From: Torpedo marmorata
Taxonomy: Eukaryota
Direction: 5' to 3'
Length of the DNA stretch: 64,000 bases
Assembly (NCBI GenBank): GCA_977017645.1
Contig: OZ360247.1
Coordinates: 41,354,001-41,418,000 of the forward strand
Below the pieces are notes generated by a model. It made no database searches. It was not told the DNA's origin and saw only the letters and a list, made by a program, of their open reading frames with translations. Shown here piece after piece: positions 39,745 to 53,698 of this stretch (positions are counted from its first letter, which is position 1; every line of letters begins with the position of its first letter). The translations under genes were made by a program, and so were the position numbers.

Positions 39745-39968
39745 AATTTAGACATGCAGCACAGTAACAGGCCCTTCCGGCCCACTAACTCATGCTACCC
39801 AAATACCCCAATTAACCTACAGCCCCTGTATGTTTTGAAGGGTGGGAGGAAACCGGAACACCCGGAGGAAACCCACGCAGACACGGGGAGAATGTACAGA
39901 CAGTACTGGATTTGAACCCAGTTCGCCGGCGTTGTAATTGTGTTGCGCTAACCACTACGCTAAACCAT
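39745..39968 (-). mobile_element. V-SINE (HE1-like)
   Basis: GGGAGGAAACCGGAACACCCGGAGGAAACCCACGCAGACACGGGGAGAA and reverse B box. Confidence 0.88.
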
Positions 39969-40687
39969 GGTGGTTTTCAATGTGCAATTTATGAAATTTA
40001 CAGTTGTCAACATTTATATGAGTATTTCAAAGGAAACCAGTTTTATCCCAAGAAATATTTTCAGGGTGGGGGGGAATCATTTTGTTTGTATCATGAGAGG
40101 TGTATGGAATCTAATTTAGTTTCTTTGGTCGGCATTGTTTTACAGCACCAAAAAAGACCCTTCAGCCCAACTTGCCCATGTTCAGACTTAATAAAGACAA
40201 AGGCAAATGAAGTAAAAATTAATTTTATTTACGAGTTAAAATGTAAACAAGTGAAACCTGGTGCTGATGCAGTATGGCTAAAACAAAATTATGAAATTTA
40301 AACCCAAGTGCTGTAATTGTTTTCATTGTGCATTCAAACTTAAGACGAGCAAATCTCTTGGCAGAAACTGGAAATTATTTAAAATTGCATCAAGACCACT
40401 TGCTTTCAATGCAGTTTCAGAAAAATAGAGAGTTGCTTACATCTTGGAGATCATTAAAAGATATCAGGATAAATGAAAAGATTATTTCATCTTGTATAGT
40501 GTCAAGTCATTTCCCAGAGCCTTTATTTGCTTTAAGGTATTTTGGAGAAAGTTCCAAGTGATTTTTCTGACTCCCATGCCATTCCTTCAGGTTGAAAGAT
40601 TAGTTCACATTATTGAAAGGACATGATGGAACTGAATAGTCTTGCTCTTTTTTTTTCTTGTGTACAATAACAAAAAAGTACAGTAGT

Positions 40688-41162
40688 NNNNNNNNNNNNN
40701 NNNNNNNNNNNNNNNNNNNNNNNNNNNNNNNNNNNNNNNNNNNNNNNNNNNNNNNNNNNNNNNNNNNNNNNNNNNNNNNNNNNNNNNNNNNNNNNNNNNN
40801 NNNNNNNNNNNNNNNNNNNNNNNNNNNNNNNNNNNNNNNNNNNNNNNNNNNNNNNNNNNNNNNNNNNNNNNNNNNNNNNNNNNNNNNNNNNNNNNNNNNN
40901 NNNNNNNNNNNNNNNNNNNNNNNNNNNNNNNNNNNNNNNNNNNNNNNNNNNNNNNNNNNNNNNNNNNNNNNNNNNNNNNNNNNNNNNNNNNNNNNNNNNN
41001 NNNNNNNNNNNNNNNNNNNNNNNNNNNNNNNNNNNNNNNNNNNNNNNNNNNNNNNNNNNNNNNNNNNNNNNNNNNNNNNNNNNNNNNNNNNNNNNNNNNN
41101 NNNNNNNNNNNNNNNNNNNNNNNNNNNNNNNNNNNNNNNNNNNNNNNNNNNNNNNNNNNNNN
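40688..41162. other. Assembly gap (475 N) in last ZNF652 intron
   Basis: Run of N. Confidence 1.
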
Positions 41163-41449
41163 GAAAAAAATTGAATGGAAAAGTTGATTTCCTTATGTCA
41201 GCCCTGCCTAACAAGCAGAGAATGCTTCTCTATTCATTTCAATGGCTAAAGTAGCAGGGGTGATTAATGTAGATGATTTGAATTATGTGAGTTTTTAACT
41301 GCTCGAGTTAGATTTAATGTTTTGTTAGATTTTATTCGTTTTAGATAAATTTAATATGCAAAATATCTATTGAGTAAATTGCATTCCATTGGAAAAACAA
41401 AGATATTACACCAATTAGTGATGTGAACAGAATCAAATTCATATGCCAG

Positions 41450-42230
41450 CATGAGTCAGCATACAGAGATGAGGTGCAGTCGCTAATGGAATGGTGCGGA
41501 GCCAACAACTGCATCTGAATGTAAACAAAACGAAAGAGTTGGTTGTCGACTTCAGAAGGGCCCGGGGGGAATCATTCTCCATTGACCATGGACGGCTCCA
41601 CCGTTGAGGTCGTAAAGAGTACCAAGTTTCTTGGAGTGCACTTGGCGGAGAGTCTCAGCTGGTCCCTCAACACCAGTTCCATAGTCAAGAAAGCCCAGCA
41701 GCATCTTTACTTCCTGCGAAGGCTGAGGAAAGTTCATCTCCCACCCTCTATCCTTACTACATTCTACAGGGGATGTATTGACAGTATTCTGAGCAATTGC
41801 ATCACCGCTTGGTTTGGAAACTGTACCATCTCGGACTGAAAGACCCTGGAGAGGATAGTGGGGTCAGCGGAGAAAATTATTGGAGTCTCTCTCCCCACCA
41901 TGACGGACATCTACAACACACGATGCATGAGGAAGGCTAAAAACATTGTGAAGGACTTCTCACACCCCTTTGGTAAACTGTTTTCCCTTTTGCCATCTGG
42001 AAGGAGGTACCGAAGCACTCGGGCTCGTACGTCCAGACTGTGCAACAGTTTTTTCCCCCAAGCCATCAGGCTCCTCAATTCCTAGATATATATGTGTATC
42101 AGCACGTTATAGTTTTTCTATTGTATTATGATATTTATGTACATCTGCCCATGGTCCTGGAGAAACGCTATCTCGTCTTACTGTGTATATGGTAATGAAC
42201 GACAAATAAAGGTGACTTGACTTGACTTGA
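41450..42230 (+). mobile_element. Rex1-type LINE 3' fragment
   Basis: KFLGVHLAESLSWS..KKAQQHLYFLRRLRK, FSLLPSGRRYRS; tail AATAAAGGT(GACTT)3. Confidence 0.9.
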
Positions 42231-43286
42231 ATATGAATTACTTTGTGATGATATCTAATTTAATGGTATTATTAAAAAGTGAATCAAATGCCTGGAATGT
42301 ATTCTGGCATAGACAGGAGTGGAGGACATCAACATCCATCTAAGAGTAGTGATTTGGAGCACCACAGCTGAATAGGTCTGTAAACGTTCAGTCCCAAGAC
42401 TGTGTTTGCACAAGATCGTGAAAGAACGAACATGAGGAAGCATTAATATACTGTTATAGCTACATTTGTCTAGGTGACAATCAATCACAGCATCCTTCTT
42501 GAGATGAGGTCCTATCTTCATAGCGTCGATGTCCTCTATTTTGTTTAATGGCATTAATAACATGCTAAATGAGATCCAACAGCTCAAAACTGAGGATGTA
42601 TAAAACATTGAGAACAATTAATTAAAGCAGCAGATTTGTATTTCACCATAGTTAATAACCCTATTGCCTTAATTATCCCTCATTCCATTATTATTGTCAG
42701 ACAAGGTATCATCCTTAGTTCAGTGAGAAATACGGAAGAGTATTCACAGGAGATGCCTAAAAAGAATTAGGCACCAACCGAGTGAAACTGCAAAGTACGC
42801 CTTTAGAATGCTAAAGAGAAGAACGGCAAGATGTGGATCAATGCTAAGCAATCATTCAACTGATGAATCAGATAAAACTTTTGCATTCCACGACATCGAG
42901 TCACGAATACCAATAGATTATTAATAACTAACGGGAAAGGCTACTCCATGAATATGATTATTGGCAGCAAAGCAATGAGTGCAAAAGATGAGACGGAGTG
43001 TTTGTGTTTAATCTTCATCCAGAATTGCTGAATAGTTGGACCATATCACACTTCTGGCATTAGCACTGTTACAGAAGCCAATCCATTCAATTTTGTTCAC
43101 AGATTCTGTTGCAGAAAATTACCAAGCCCATTAGATACAGTGAAGGTTTGAAACCTTGACAGTATGTTGGCCGTAGTACCAAGGCTGGTGCCCCAGACCT
43201 AGCCTCTAACCAGATTGTTCTAATTTAGTTACAGTGCAACACTTACTCAACTTGGCAAAGTACCTCGCAATATTCCGTCCATATAA

Positions 43287-43898
<612 letters not shown>

Positions 43899-45120
43899 GA
43901 ACTCAGTATTTTTACTTTCCACTGTACTGATGGTTTGTTGATTCTCCTGTGAACTGTGCACTAAGCAGCAAAACAAAGACTGAGTAATCATGGTGAACCA
44001 CAAAGATTATTTTTTATTAAATTTTAATGTACTTTAAGATACACAACTAGCCCATTGAACAGCAAAATAATTTTTAGTTAATTCCATTGTGTGCGGTAAC
44101 TAAGCTGTCTGCTTACAGTGAACTAAGGTTTTTACCTTGTTAATTCAGATGTAACCAGTTTTGTCACTTCATATCTTTTTAAGATATGTTTTATATCTTG
44201 GATTATATTTACATTAAGAAAATATGCTTATTCTTTTGATTTAATATTGTGGGAAATTTTAATCCTTTAAATTAAATAATCTCATTCTCTTGTGAAGTAC
44301 AGGAGAATTATATATTATCACTGTGCTGCAATGATTTATGAAGCTAACAATGAAGACTTGACCATGTCTAGACTAACCTGTCTGTATGAAGCATTATGGA
44401 AAAGTTCTGTTTATACGTGTCTTACATTTTACTGAAAGAAGTTTCTATATGTCTATGTAGAAAATATAGAAGCAATTTTAAGATCCAAATGTATGTCATT
44501 AAGCATTGTAATAATTATATTTTTGTTCTTGTAGCTGCTATATACATAAAATTCCAATTTGAAAATACTTAGAATATTTATTCCAAGGAGGTATATTTTG
44601 TTATTTATTCCAGTTTAAAAAGTTGGTATATTTTGCAGGTAAGCCACATTCTAAAACTAAACAGATGACGTGCAGCACAAACCTGTACGTGCGTTTTTTT
44701 TCATCCTCTAGAAGTCGTATGTGCAGAGTGCAAAAAAAACAAATTGGGGAAAGATACTTTGGAGATAAGTTAGATGTCATTGATATCTTTGCAGAACTGG
44801 TTTTATGTTTTATACACTCCTTGTTCCAAGCACAAGTTTCATTGAGCAATGACAAGAACTCGCATTCATTGGTTTTATCAGTTTTCACTCAATTTCTATT
44901 AAGAAATTCAAATTACTGATCTTAAACAATGTATGAAATCTGCTAACATCACAAGTTCAGGCATTCTTGAGTTCCATATGAAAGGATGTAATTGTGTGAG
45001 TAGCTTCCAATTGAACGAGGACATCAACTCTGAACAACAAAGTTTTCATGTCCACATATGCCATACAAGTTGCATTTTTTCAAATTCCACCCATATAAGC
45101 TATTTCTTATTTCCAGCAAG
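43899..45120 (+). other. Probable proximal ZNF652 3' UTR (AU-rich, repeat-poor); end undefined
   Basis: Follows the stop codon; only ATTAAA variants (about 44016 and 44271), first AATAAA at 46260. Confidence 0.55.
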
Positions 45121-45132
45121 ATTGGCATGGCA

Positions 45133-45315
45133 GAGTGGCACAACTGGTAGAGGAACTCAGTGGGTCAAGCAACATCAGTGGAAGATAAAGGTTGTTGCTT
45201 TGGGCTAGAACCCTCCATCAAGTCCCTTGATCTTGACGAAGGGTTCTGGCCTGAAACATTATTGATTTTTCTCCCACTGCTTGACCCACTGAGTTCCTTC
45301 AGCAGATTGTTTTTC
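45133..45315. repeat. Fold-back of two inverted Penelope-like termini
   Basis: Perfect 21-bp arms AGGAACTCAGTGGGTCAAGCA (45151-45171 / 45278-45298) plus imperfect inner arms (45202-45222 / 45232-45252). Confidence 0.8.
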
Positions 45316-45844
45316 CACTGTCAAAGTGGCATGGGCAAGTAACTGCAGTAAAGTTTGTAGATGGTACAGGTTGACAGCCGTGGTGCAATAATGGAGGGAA
45401 TGATGGTTTAGAGTGGCTGAAGAGGTGACAATCAAGTGGAGCTGTAATGAGCTGGAGAAACTCAGCAGGTCATTCAGCATCCATAGGAAGTAAAAGGTAA
45501 CAAACATTTCAGTCCCAATGTTTCACCAAGAGGTGTCTCTCAGCTGTAAGGGAAGTGATCCATGCCTCCCAGCATCTCATTGTGAATTTTTGTTGTTGAA
45601 AGGCTGCATTTTGCAACAGGTGCCTGTTTGTGGAGGACCTAAGCATGTTGACAATAGTTTGCTTAGCCTCTGAGCATGCACAAACGCAAATATTACTGAA
45701 ACCTGCTACTCAATTTCTGTGACTTGAAAGTTTCTGTGTAGTTCTGAAGATTAGCTCCTTTCCAATGAGAGATTTCATGGAGATAAGAAATATCTGCAGT
45801 CAGAAGGACTGGGTTGGGAATTGATGCAGCCTTGTTTGACACAA

Positions 45845-46060
45845 GCCTTCATTTGTTGTGGCCTCTACATCAGTGAGACCAAAAGCAGATTGGGTGACTG
45901 CTTTGCTGAACACCTGCTCTCTGTCTGTGGGTCTATCCTTGAACTCCTAAGTGGGCAACAATTTCAAGTCTTTCTTGTCAATAGGGAAGCAGAAAATTAC
46001 TGAGTTTGCCACAGGTAAGGCTACATTGACAAGACTAGAGAGCAGCACAAACAAGCAGCA
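45845..46060 (+). mobile_element. Penelope-like GIY-YIG fragment
   Basis: CGLYISETKSRLGDCFAEHLLSV. Confidence 0.7.
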
Positions 46061-46134
46061 AGTGGCTGATCAGAAGATGTATAGCTCAAAGTATTTTCTT
46101 GCATTGTGATGACTAAGTTTCCATTGTCCAGCAT

Positions 46135-46850
46135 CTGACAATGAGTTTATTGTTGTATGCATTGTACAATGTGCATATACAAGGAAATTCTTATTTGCTG
46201 CAGCAGAATAGGTACTTTGTTTAAAAAGAATAGTATACTTGATTGAATTAAAAAGAGACAATAAATACAAAAAGAATAGATTGGTCAGAAATATTCAGTT
46301 ATTCTCGTCCAAAAGTTCAAGTTTATTATTATTATTCAATTGTGCAAGTACAATTGGACGAAACAGCATTCTTCGGTCCTCGGTGTAAAAACATTCAAAT
46401 ACATATATAGTCATATCACACATATTTACAAGTGATTTATATGCAGTACATATAAAAGTGACTTAGCAATAATGCAAACAGCCCTTTTGTGGTGTTGGAG
46501 CAGTCCCTGATTAGTGTAACAAGGGGAGGTTCAAGAGCCTGATTGCTGTTGTTGGAAAGAAACCTCGACGTAGTCTTCTGCCTGAAGGTTGCAGTGAGGA
46601 GCGGTTGTGATCAGGATGATGGGGTCTTTTATGAAGTTGGTTGCTTGCCTTCTTGAGGTAGCGCCTCACATAGATGTTTTAAGTGGGTGGTTGGTTGGAG
46701 CCTGTGATAGACCTGGCTATGCTGGTTACCTTCTGCATTCCTGGGCAGTCGAATTCCCAACCAGCCTGTCAGCATACTTTCCAAAGTACAGCTGTAGAAG
46801 TTTCATAAGAGTATTCGACAACATGCCAAATCTCCTCAAATGTGCTTTGC
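46135..46850 (-). mobile_element. Rex1-type 3' relic(s)
   Basis: Shares ATTGAATTAAAAAGAG.CAATAAATACAAAA and CCTTTTGTGGTGTTGGAGCAGTCC with 26130-26725. Confidence 0.7.
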
Positions 46851-47464
46851 ATTTGGGAAAAGATGCAGCCTAGTTTCTTGATTAAAGCAAACATTTGCTG
46901 AATTCAAACAAGAGCTTCAATGCATTGAAGGGATTGGATAAGTATTCATATTGTTTGAAAATCGGAACAAAGATCTTGACTCAGAAAAATATTTACGAAT
47001 TGGATTATTTTCAGGTTCCCTTACTATTTACAATTTCTGCACCATTTTCATATGTGATGCAAAATACTTCTGTTCTATCATATTCTTTCTTGTGTTATAT
47101 AGAATCATCGCTGCCAACTTATTCCAAATTCCATAACAATCCAGTTTAGTGAACAGCTCATCTAAAGTTTTCTGACACCAATAGTCAGAATTGTCATGTA
47201 AACCAGGTTCAAGACTTTTGTCTTTTTCTGAAACATTGCAATTGTACTTAGTCTGTTGTATTAAAAGGTCCCACAATAAAATTGACGTTGATTTATTGAC
47301 AGGCACCATCCAACTCTGGGAGCTCAACAAGAAATTCAGCTAGCTTTGAAACCTTCAAGAGCATGTTCAGCGGGCATTCTGTGCGCACTTGTTACCTGCC
47401 GTGTTGTAATTCCAACAGAATTGTGTGAATTTACTGTTGTAACCCAGATGCTTTGCCAATGAAA

Positions 47465-47990
47465 TAATAGAACATAGAAAAGTACAATACAGGAACAGGT
47501 CCTTTGGTCTGTGATGTCTATGCTGACCATGATGCCAATTCAAAAATATATCTGCCTGTGTGTAGTCCATATTTCTCCATACCCTGCCTGTTCGTGTGCC
47601 TATCTAAATGCCTCTTAAATATTCCTATTGTATCCACTTCCACTACCTCTCCTGACTGAGTATTCCAGGCACCTACTACTCTCTGTGCAAAATTCTTGCC
47701 TCACAAATCTCCTTTAGACTTTCCCCATCTCATCTTAAATGTATGCTCTCTAGTATTTGAGATTTACACCCTGGAAAAAATATTCTGACTACCTACCCTC
47801 ACAATTTTATATACCACTCTCGTATCACCTCGCAGCCTTCTATGCTCCAGAGAAAACAATTCAAGTTTGTCCAACCTCCTCTTATAGCTATTAACTTACT
47901 AATGAACTTCTTCACCCTCTCCAAAGCTTTGTCATCCTGTAATGTAGAAACCTGAACTGCACACAATGCTCCAAATGTGGCCTCAACAAA
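47465..47990 (-). mobile_element. CR1 3' relic
   Basis: ATAGAACATAGAA tail and colinear similarity to 34236-34780. Confidence 0.75.
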
Positions 47991-49295
47991 GGTGAATTTC
48001 TTTCATTCTAATGCTGTTGATCAAAGTGGCTCTGATGGCATAGGACATGTCAATACGTTTGAAAATCATCTTTACTAGCAGGGTGCAATCAAATGTAAGT
48101 GCTAATAATGCAGAGGTTCAAAGTTCCTCTTTGATCAGATGTTATACAGCTTAATAAAATTTGCACTTTAAAGTGTCTTGTATTTATTGTCTCTTGTAAA
48201 GAAGTATTGCATTTTATTTACAGTATTGACAGTATATTTCTTTATAGTTTCTAGTTATCCTGATTCATTTTCATGGTGAAAATTTAAAACTCAAATCCTT
48301 TTTCTGATTGGGGCTTGTTTCACTTCTCAACTCACAAAATAATCTTGCAGGGAATAATTTTTTTAATGATTCATACTGGTAAATAGTAATTAGATGGTTC
48401 AAGCATCAGTGGAAATAGCATCCATTTCACTTCAGTTGGTGTTGAAATTCTCCAGGAAAATAGCAGCATTAGCCCCTACTAGAAAATTGAGATGGTATCA
48501 CTGGCTCAGAACACCAAGAATTCAAAATAATTCTCAATGGTTCTTTTAGGAACAACCATTTCAATTTTTATTATTTGGAATTGATATGTAAACTGCTCCA
48601 TTTCCTTCTAGTCCATTAATGAATATCCCCACCTGATGTATGATTTCTCTGAAGCTCCTTTGTGTACATAGAATCACAATCATAGCATATGCCATATAAA
48701 TAAGCCATTTTGCCCAGCATCCTTACTGCTGGTTGTGCACCATTCAAGCATCATCTAAAACTATTAATGTGCCCATCTATTTCCTTCTCTTTTACATGCT
48801 TGTCCCTTTATATGCATGTATACCATCTGCCTCAACCCCTCCCTATGTTACTGAGATCCCCATTCTGGCCACTTTTTGGGTAAATGAATTTCTTCTGCAT
48901 TCTCAATTGAATTATTTAATGACTATTTTGTATTGATCTCTACTTATGCACTTCCCCACAAGTGGAAAGGTTTTTGTTGTATCCACTCCTACAAAGCCTT
49001 TTATAACTTTAAATACCATTATTATGTCATCCCTGAAACTTATTTTTAAACCAAGGGGAGGAGGACACATCTGTTCATTCCCTTCTAAAGTGTATTCCAT
49101 CACATGTTCGTATCATCTATATATGCATTGTCTACACACCTTCCATTGTCTGTATTTTTTTTTAAATGGTGATTCGAAGTGTATGCATTACCCTATGTGT
49201 GTTCCTACCTCGGTTCAGTATAGACTGAGCAGAAGTTCCCTACATTTCAGTTCCTTTTAGAATTGCTAGGTTTACTTTTATTGTGAATATGCTCA

Positions 49296-49492
49296 TTTGT
49301 GGAGCAACATTAACTGATCAATATGCATGTACTGTGACATCTCTTTGTGGAGCAACATTAACTGATCAATATGCATGTACTGTGAGATCTCTTTGTGGAG
49401 CAACATTAACTGATCAATATGCATGTACTGTGAGATCTCTTTGTGGAGCAACATTAACTGATCAATATGCATGTACTGTGAGATCTCTTTGT
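49296..49492. repeat. 48-bp minisatellite, four copies plus 5 bp, inside an old CR1 relic
   Basis: Unit TTTGTGGAGCAACATTAACTGATCAATATGCATGTACTGTGAGATCTC; one mismatch in copy 1. Confidence 0.97.
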
Positions 49493-49894
49493 TCCTCTAC
49501 TCCATTTTCCATGCAAAAAGTAATTTTGTTGTTCTTCCTATTAAAATGTATCAGTTTAGAACTTCTTTTGCTAATTATTTGCCCACTGAAAGTTTATCAA
49601 ACGCCTGCTATAATTTGTCACATCATTGACTTTCATCTTTTTTCCTCTGGGATTTGACTTAATCTGCAAGTTTAGAAATTACATTCTTTACTTCACCAAC
49701 TATTCATTAAATTGGAGGCCGCTGTGGTCCCCGTGTTAGTCCTTGTGAAACGTCACTACTCAGCTTCTTTCACTTTGAATAGCTTCCTTTCACTCCCACT
49801 CTATGCTTGTTCATCTTTAACCCAGATAGCAGTCAATCCCCTTGTCTCCTGACCTTGCATTCTCTGACCTCATTCATTGGTTTCTTATGAAATG

Positions 49895-51390
49895 ACTGAG
49901 GTGGAGTGGAGAGAGTCACCCACCTCTTTGCAGAATGCAGATTTGCTAAGAGTGTATTGATCGATGCAAGGGATCTTGTCACGGTTCATCCCCAGCAGCA
50001 GCGTGACAGAGGACTCTGATTTAGGGGCTGTTCCTGAGGAAGCACGCAGAGACAGACATCCAGAACTGCTGAAAGATCAACTCGGTGAAAGACTCCCTTC
50101 GATCTGCCCGAAACTTGTTGGTCTTATCAGCACACAGATGTCGGTGAGGGGATGCTGCCAACTGGCACATTCCAGGCTACAGGAGTATGTACTGAGGCTT
50201 GATTCAGCCAACGCGAGAGCGCTGTGGGGGAAGGACCACAATGTGGAGCAGCTATTCTGAATGGGGGACATACGCCCCCCCCCCCACCGGGGGCCACAGC
50301 ATGTTTAAGGGGGGCCATGAACGGAAATCCTTAATAAGGGGGAGGCAAGATGTATAGGGGGGCACAGATCTGCAGGAAAGTTTTAATGACCTGTTAAACC
50401 TCAATATCCCATATTGGATTCATTTGAGGAACAACCCACCAATGTTGATGCAGAAATTCAAGAGCGGTTGGTTGATCTTCAGAGTGATATAACTGCACGC
50501 CGTTAAGTTCAATCAATTTATTTTTTTTTTAAAGTTTTTGGGTTAAATGATATGCCGAATAGATTTCCAAAATTATGGGAAAAGGTGGAAATATTTTTCA
50601 TTGCCTTTCCCTCAGTATTACTTAGTTGAATGTGCATTCACCAAAGTAGTTTCCTTGACAAAATCCAGGAACACACTTGATATCACAACAAGAGGAGACC
50701 TTTGACTGTCATTATCCAATTTGGAGCCTGACATCAAAAAACTTGCACAGGAACATGAAGCTTAAGGATCTCACTAAAATTTTCATTTTATAAGAATAAT
50801 TTTTTTAAGTTTTCACATCCTCAAGTTTATGCTTCAGGTTCCTAATGACTCATTGTGTGCAAAACTCTCAGAATCATTTTTGAATTTTTTGTATTATGTA
50901 TGTTCATGTATTCTTTCCTCTGTGTTCAATAACAATAATTTCCTGTTTGTTCTGGAATTGCAAGCCACAGTTGTAAAGCCTTGTTTTTGTTTCACCTCAC
51001 ATAACGTAATTTTTTTTGTTTTTTACGTAGTCGTTAGGAGAGACATACAGAAGTAAACAACTAAACATGATTGCTTTCACAGGGAAGGGGTCCCATAAAC
51101 GTTGAACAGAGTCCTAAAGGGGCCCTAGCCAAAACAAAGTTTGAGAATGGCTAGTCTAGAGTCCTACAGTCACCGGGCATTGAGGGGCTGAGACCGAGGG
51201 GAAGCCCCTCAAACAACGGGGGGGGGGGGGAGTAACGACAAGGTGCTCTGTTGGTGGCAATGGTGTAGTTAGAGAATGTATGTAACAGTGTACATTGATA
51301 GAAATGTATGGATGTAACACTAAGGATGTGAAAAGTCCTTGAACGTTTTTTGTAAATAATTTATTGTGAATAAAGTTATTTTTGGGGAAA
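49895..51390 (+). mobile_element. Tx1-like LINE 3' end split by a hAT element
   Basis: VTHLFAEC, MQGILSRFIPSSSVTEDS, LAHSRLQEYVLR, ANARALWG; resumes at 51154 and ends in AATAAA and an A tail. Confidence 0.72.
50249..51153 (+). mobile_element. Internally deleted hAT (Charlie/Buster group) transposon with transposase C-terminal relic
   Basis: Imperfect TIRs CAGCTATTCTGAA / TTGAGAATGGCTA; right flank GTCTAGAG (Charlie-type NTCTAGAN target), degenerate left copy ATGTGGAG; residual FPKLWEKV..IAFP..YLVECAF...SRNTLDITTRGDL..SLSNLEPDIKKL. Confidence 0.82.
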
Positions 51391-51574
51391 AAAATGAGAG
51401 TTGCTTATGAAGGGCATTTTGAAAATTTAGATTAATTATACTTACTGTAAGCACCCAGTAACTTCAAAAGGTTTGGTCAAGCATGATTTTCCTTTTGAAA
51501 TCTTTGCGAACTAATAATTCCACTTTTTGTTTCTCGATGTTCTACTCTGCTGCAGTGGGAATCGAATGTTTGTC

Positions 51575-53250
51575 TTGCAACTTATTTTGCATCAGTCTTC
51601 ACTGTGAAAGACATTAGCAATGTGCCGATTGTCCAAGGGTATCAGAAAAGTTAAGTGAGTGCAGTTACTATTACAAGGGAGAATGTGCTCAGAAAGCTGA
51701 ATGGGACTCTAAGGGTAGATAAATCTCCCAGACCAGATAGATTGCACCCTTGGGTTCTGAAAGAAGTAACTGCAGAGATTGTGGAGGCATTGGTAATGAT
51801 CTTTCAGGAATCAATAGGTTCTGGCATGGTTTCAGAGGACTGGAAAATTGCAAATGTCATTCCACTATTCAAGAAGGGAGGGAGACAGCAGAAAGGAAAC
51901 TATAGACCGGTTAGCCAGACATCAGTGGTTGGGAAGATGTTGGAGTCAATTGTCAAGGATGAGGTTACGGAGTACTTAGAGGCACTTGACAAGATAGACC
52001 AAAGCCAGCATGGTTTCCTTAAGGGAAAATCTTGCTTGATAAACCTATTGGAATTGTTTGAGGAAGTGACAAGCAGCCAAGATAAAGGAGAGGCGGTGGA
52101 TTTTCAGAAGGTCTTTAACAAGATGCAGCACATGAGGCTACTTAAGATAAGAGCCCATGGTATAACAGGAAACATACTAGCATAGGTAGAGCATTGGCTG
52201 ATTGTGAGGAAGCAGAGATTGGAATACAGGGATCATGTTCTGGTTGGTTGCTAGTGGTGTGCTACAGGAGTTGGTGTATGGCCGCTTTTTATGTTGTTTA
52301 TCAGTGATTTGGATTATGGAATGAATGGCTTTGTGGCCAAGTTTGCAGATGATATGAAGATAGGTGGAGGAGCAAGTAGTGTTGAGGAAACAGGGAGGGT
52401 GCAGAAGAACTTAGATTAGGAGAATGGGCAGAGAAGTGGCAAATGAAATACAATGTTGGAAAGTGTTCGGTCGTGCACTTTGGTAGAAGAAATAAACGGA
52501 CAGACTATTTTGTAAATGGGGAGAAAATTGAAAATTCCCAGATGCAAAGGGACTTGAGAGGCCTCGTGCAGGATACTCTGAAGGTAAACTTAGGTTGAGT
52601 TGGTGGTGAAGAAGGCAAATGCAATGCTGGAATTTATTTCAAGAGGAATAGCATATAAGAGCAGGGATGTGATGTTGAGGATTTATAAGACCTCACAGAG
52701 TATTGTGAGTAATTTTTGGCTCCTCATTTAAGAATGGGTGTGTTGACATTGGAGAGGGTTCAGAGGAGGTTCACAAGGATGATTCAGGGAATGAAAGAGT
52801 TATGTGAGGAATGTTTGACAGCTCTTAGCCTGAATTAATTGGAAATTAGGAGAATGCAGGGGACCTCATTGAAACATTTCGAATGTGGAAAGGCATGGAG
52901 AGAGTAGATGTAGAATAGTTGTTTCCCATGCTGGGAGAGTCTAGGTCAAGAGCGCGCAACTTCAGGATTGAAGGGCATCCACTTACAACAGAGATTCTGA
53001 GAAATTTCTTTAGCCAGAGGGTGGTGAATCTCTGGAATTTGTTGCCACAGGTGATTGTGGAGGCCAAGTCATTGGGTATATTTAAGGCAGAGATTGATTG
53101 GTTCTTGATTAGCCAGGGCATCAAAGGTTATGGGGAGAAGGCTGAGCAGTGGCACTGAGTGGGAGAATGGATCAGCTCATAATTGAATGGCTGGACAGAC
53201 TCAATGGGCTGAATAGCCTATTTCTGCTCTTGTGTCTTATGGTCTTATAT
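51575..53250 (+). mobile_element. CR1 LINE 3' half (RT), decayed
   Basis: DWKIANVIPLFKKG, NYRPVS, SQHGFLKGKSCL, KFADD, FSQRVVNLWN; TCTTATGGTCTTAT tail. Confidence 0.92.
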
Positions 53251-53698
53251 TGAGTCTATTATACCGTGGGCATATTCAATTCCCCCTTCTTCAGTAAAGA
53301 GATATATTAGCAATCCTGCACTATACCTTCTTCTAACCAATTATGAAATATGTGTAGTCTTGCTCTGCTATCTTTTCCATAGATTCTTTCAAGATATATT
53401 GACGTAATTCATCTGGACCATGGGTTTTTCTTTCCTGTGTATAATTGGTAATATATTCCTTTTTTCTATTTTAAATGCACAGTTTATTACTCGTCTCATT
53501 ACCATTCTGCTTTTCTTTTTTAAAAAAAAGCAAATTTAAATAATTATGTAATATTTCTGGCATCTCATTATCATCATGGTATTGTCCAATCTATCCTTTA
53601 ATACCCCTTTTCTCATGCCAACCTTTCCTTTTTATCCACGTGTCTGTAAAATATTTTGCTAGTTTGCTTTATGTCCCTTGATGATTTAATTTCATATT

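Noticed and set aside
40600-41254. Two ORFs of about 200 aa
   Set aside because: They span the N gap and are artefacts.
49296-49492. CRISPR-like array
   Set aside because: Head-to-tail repeats with no unique spacers, in a vertebrate genome.
49283-49657. ORF with Cys-containing 16-aa repeats (CGATLTDQYACTVRSL)
   Set aside because: A by-product of the 48-bp VNTR, whose unit is a multiple of 3; no splice or expression context and it lies inside a CR1 relic.
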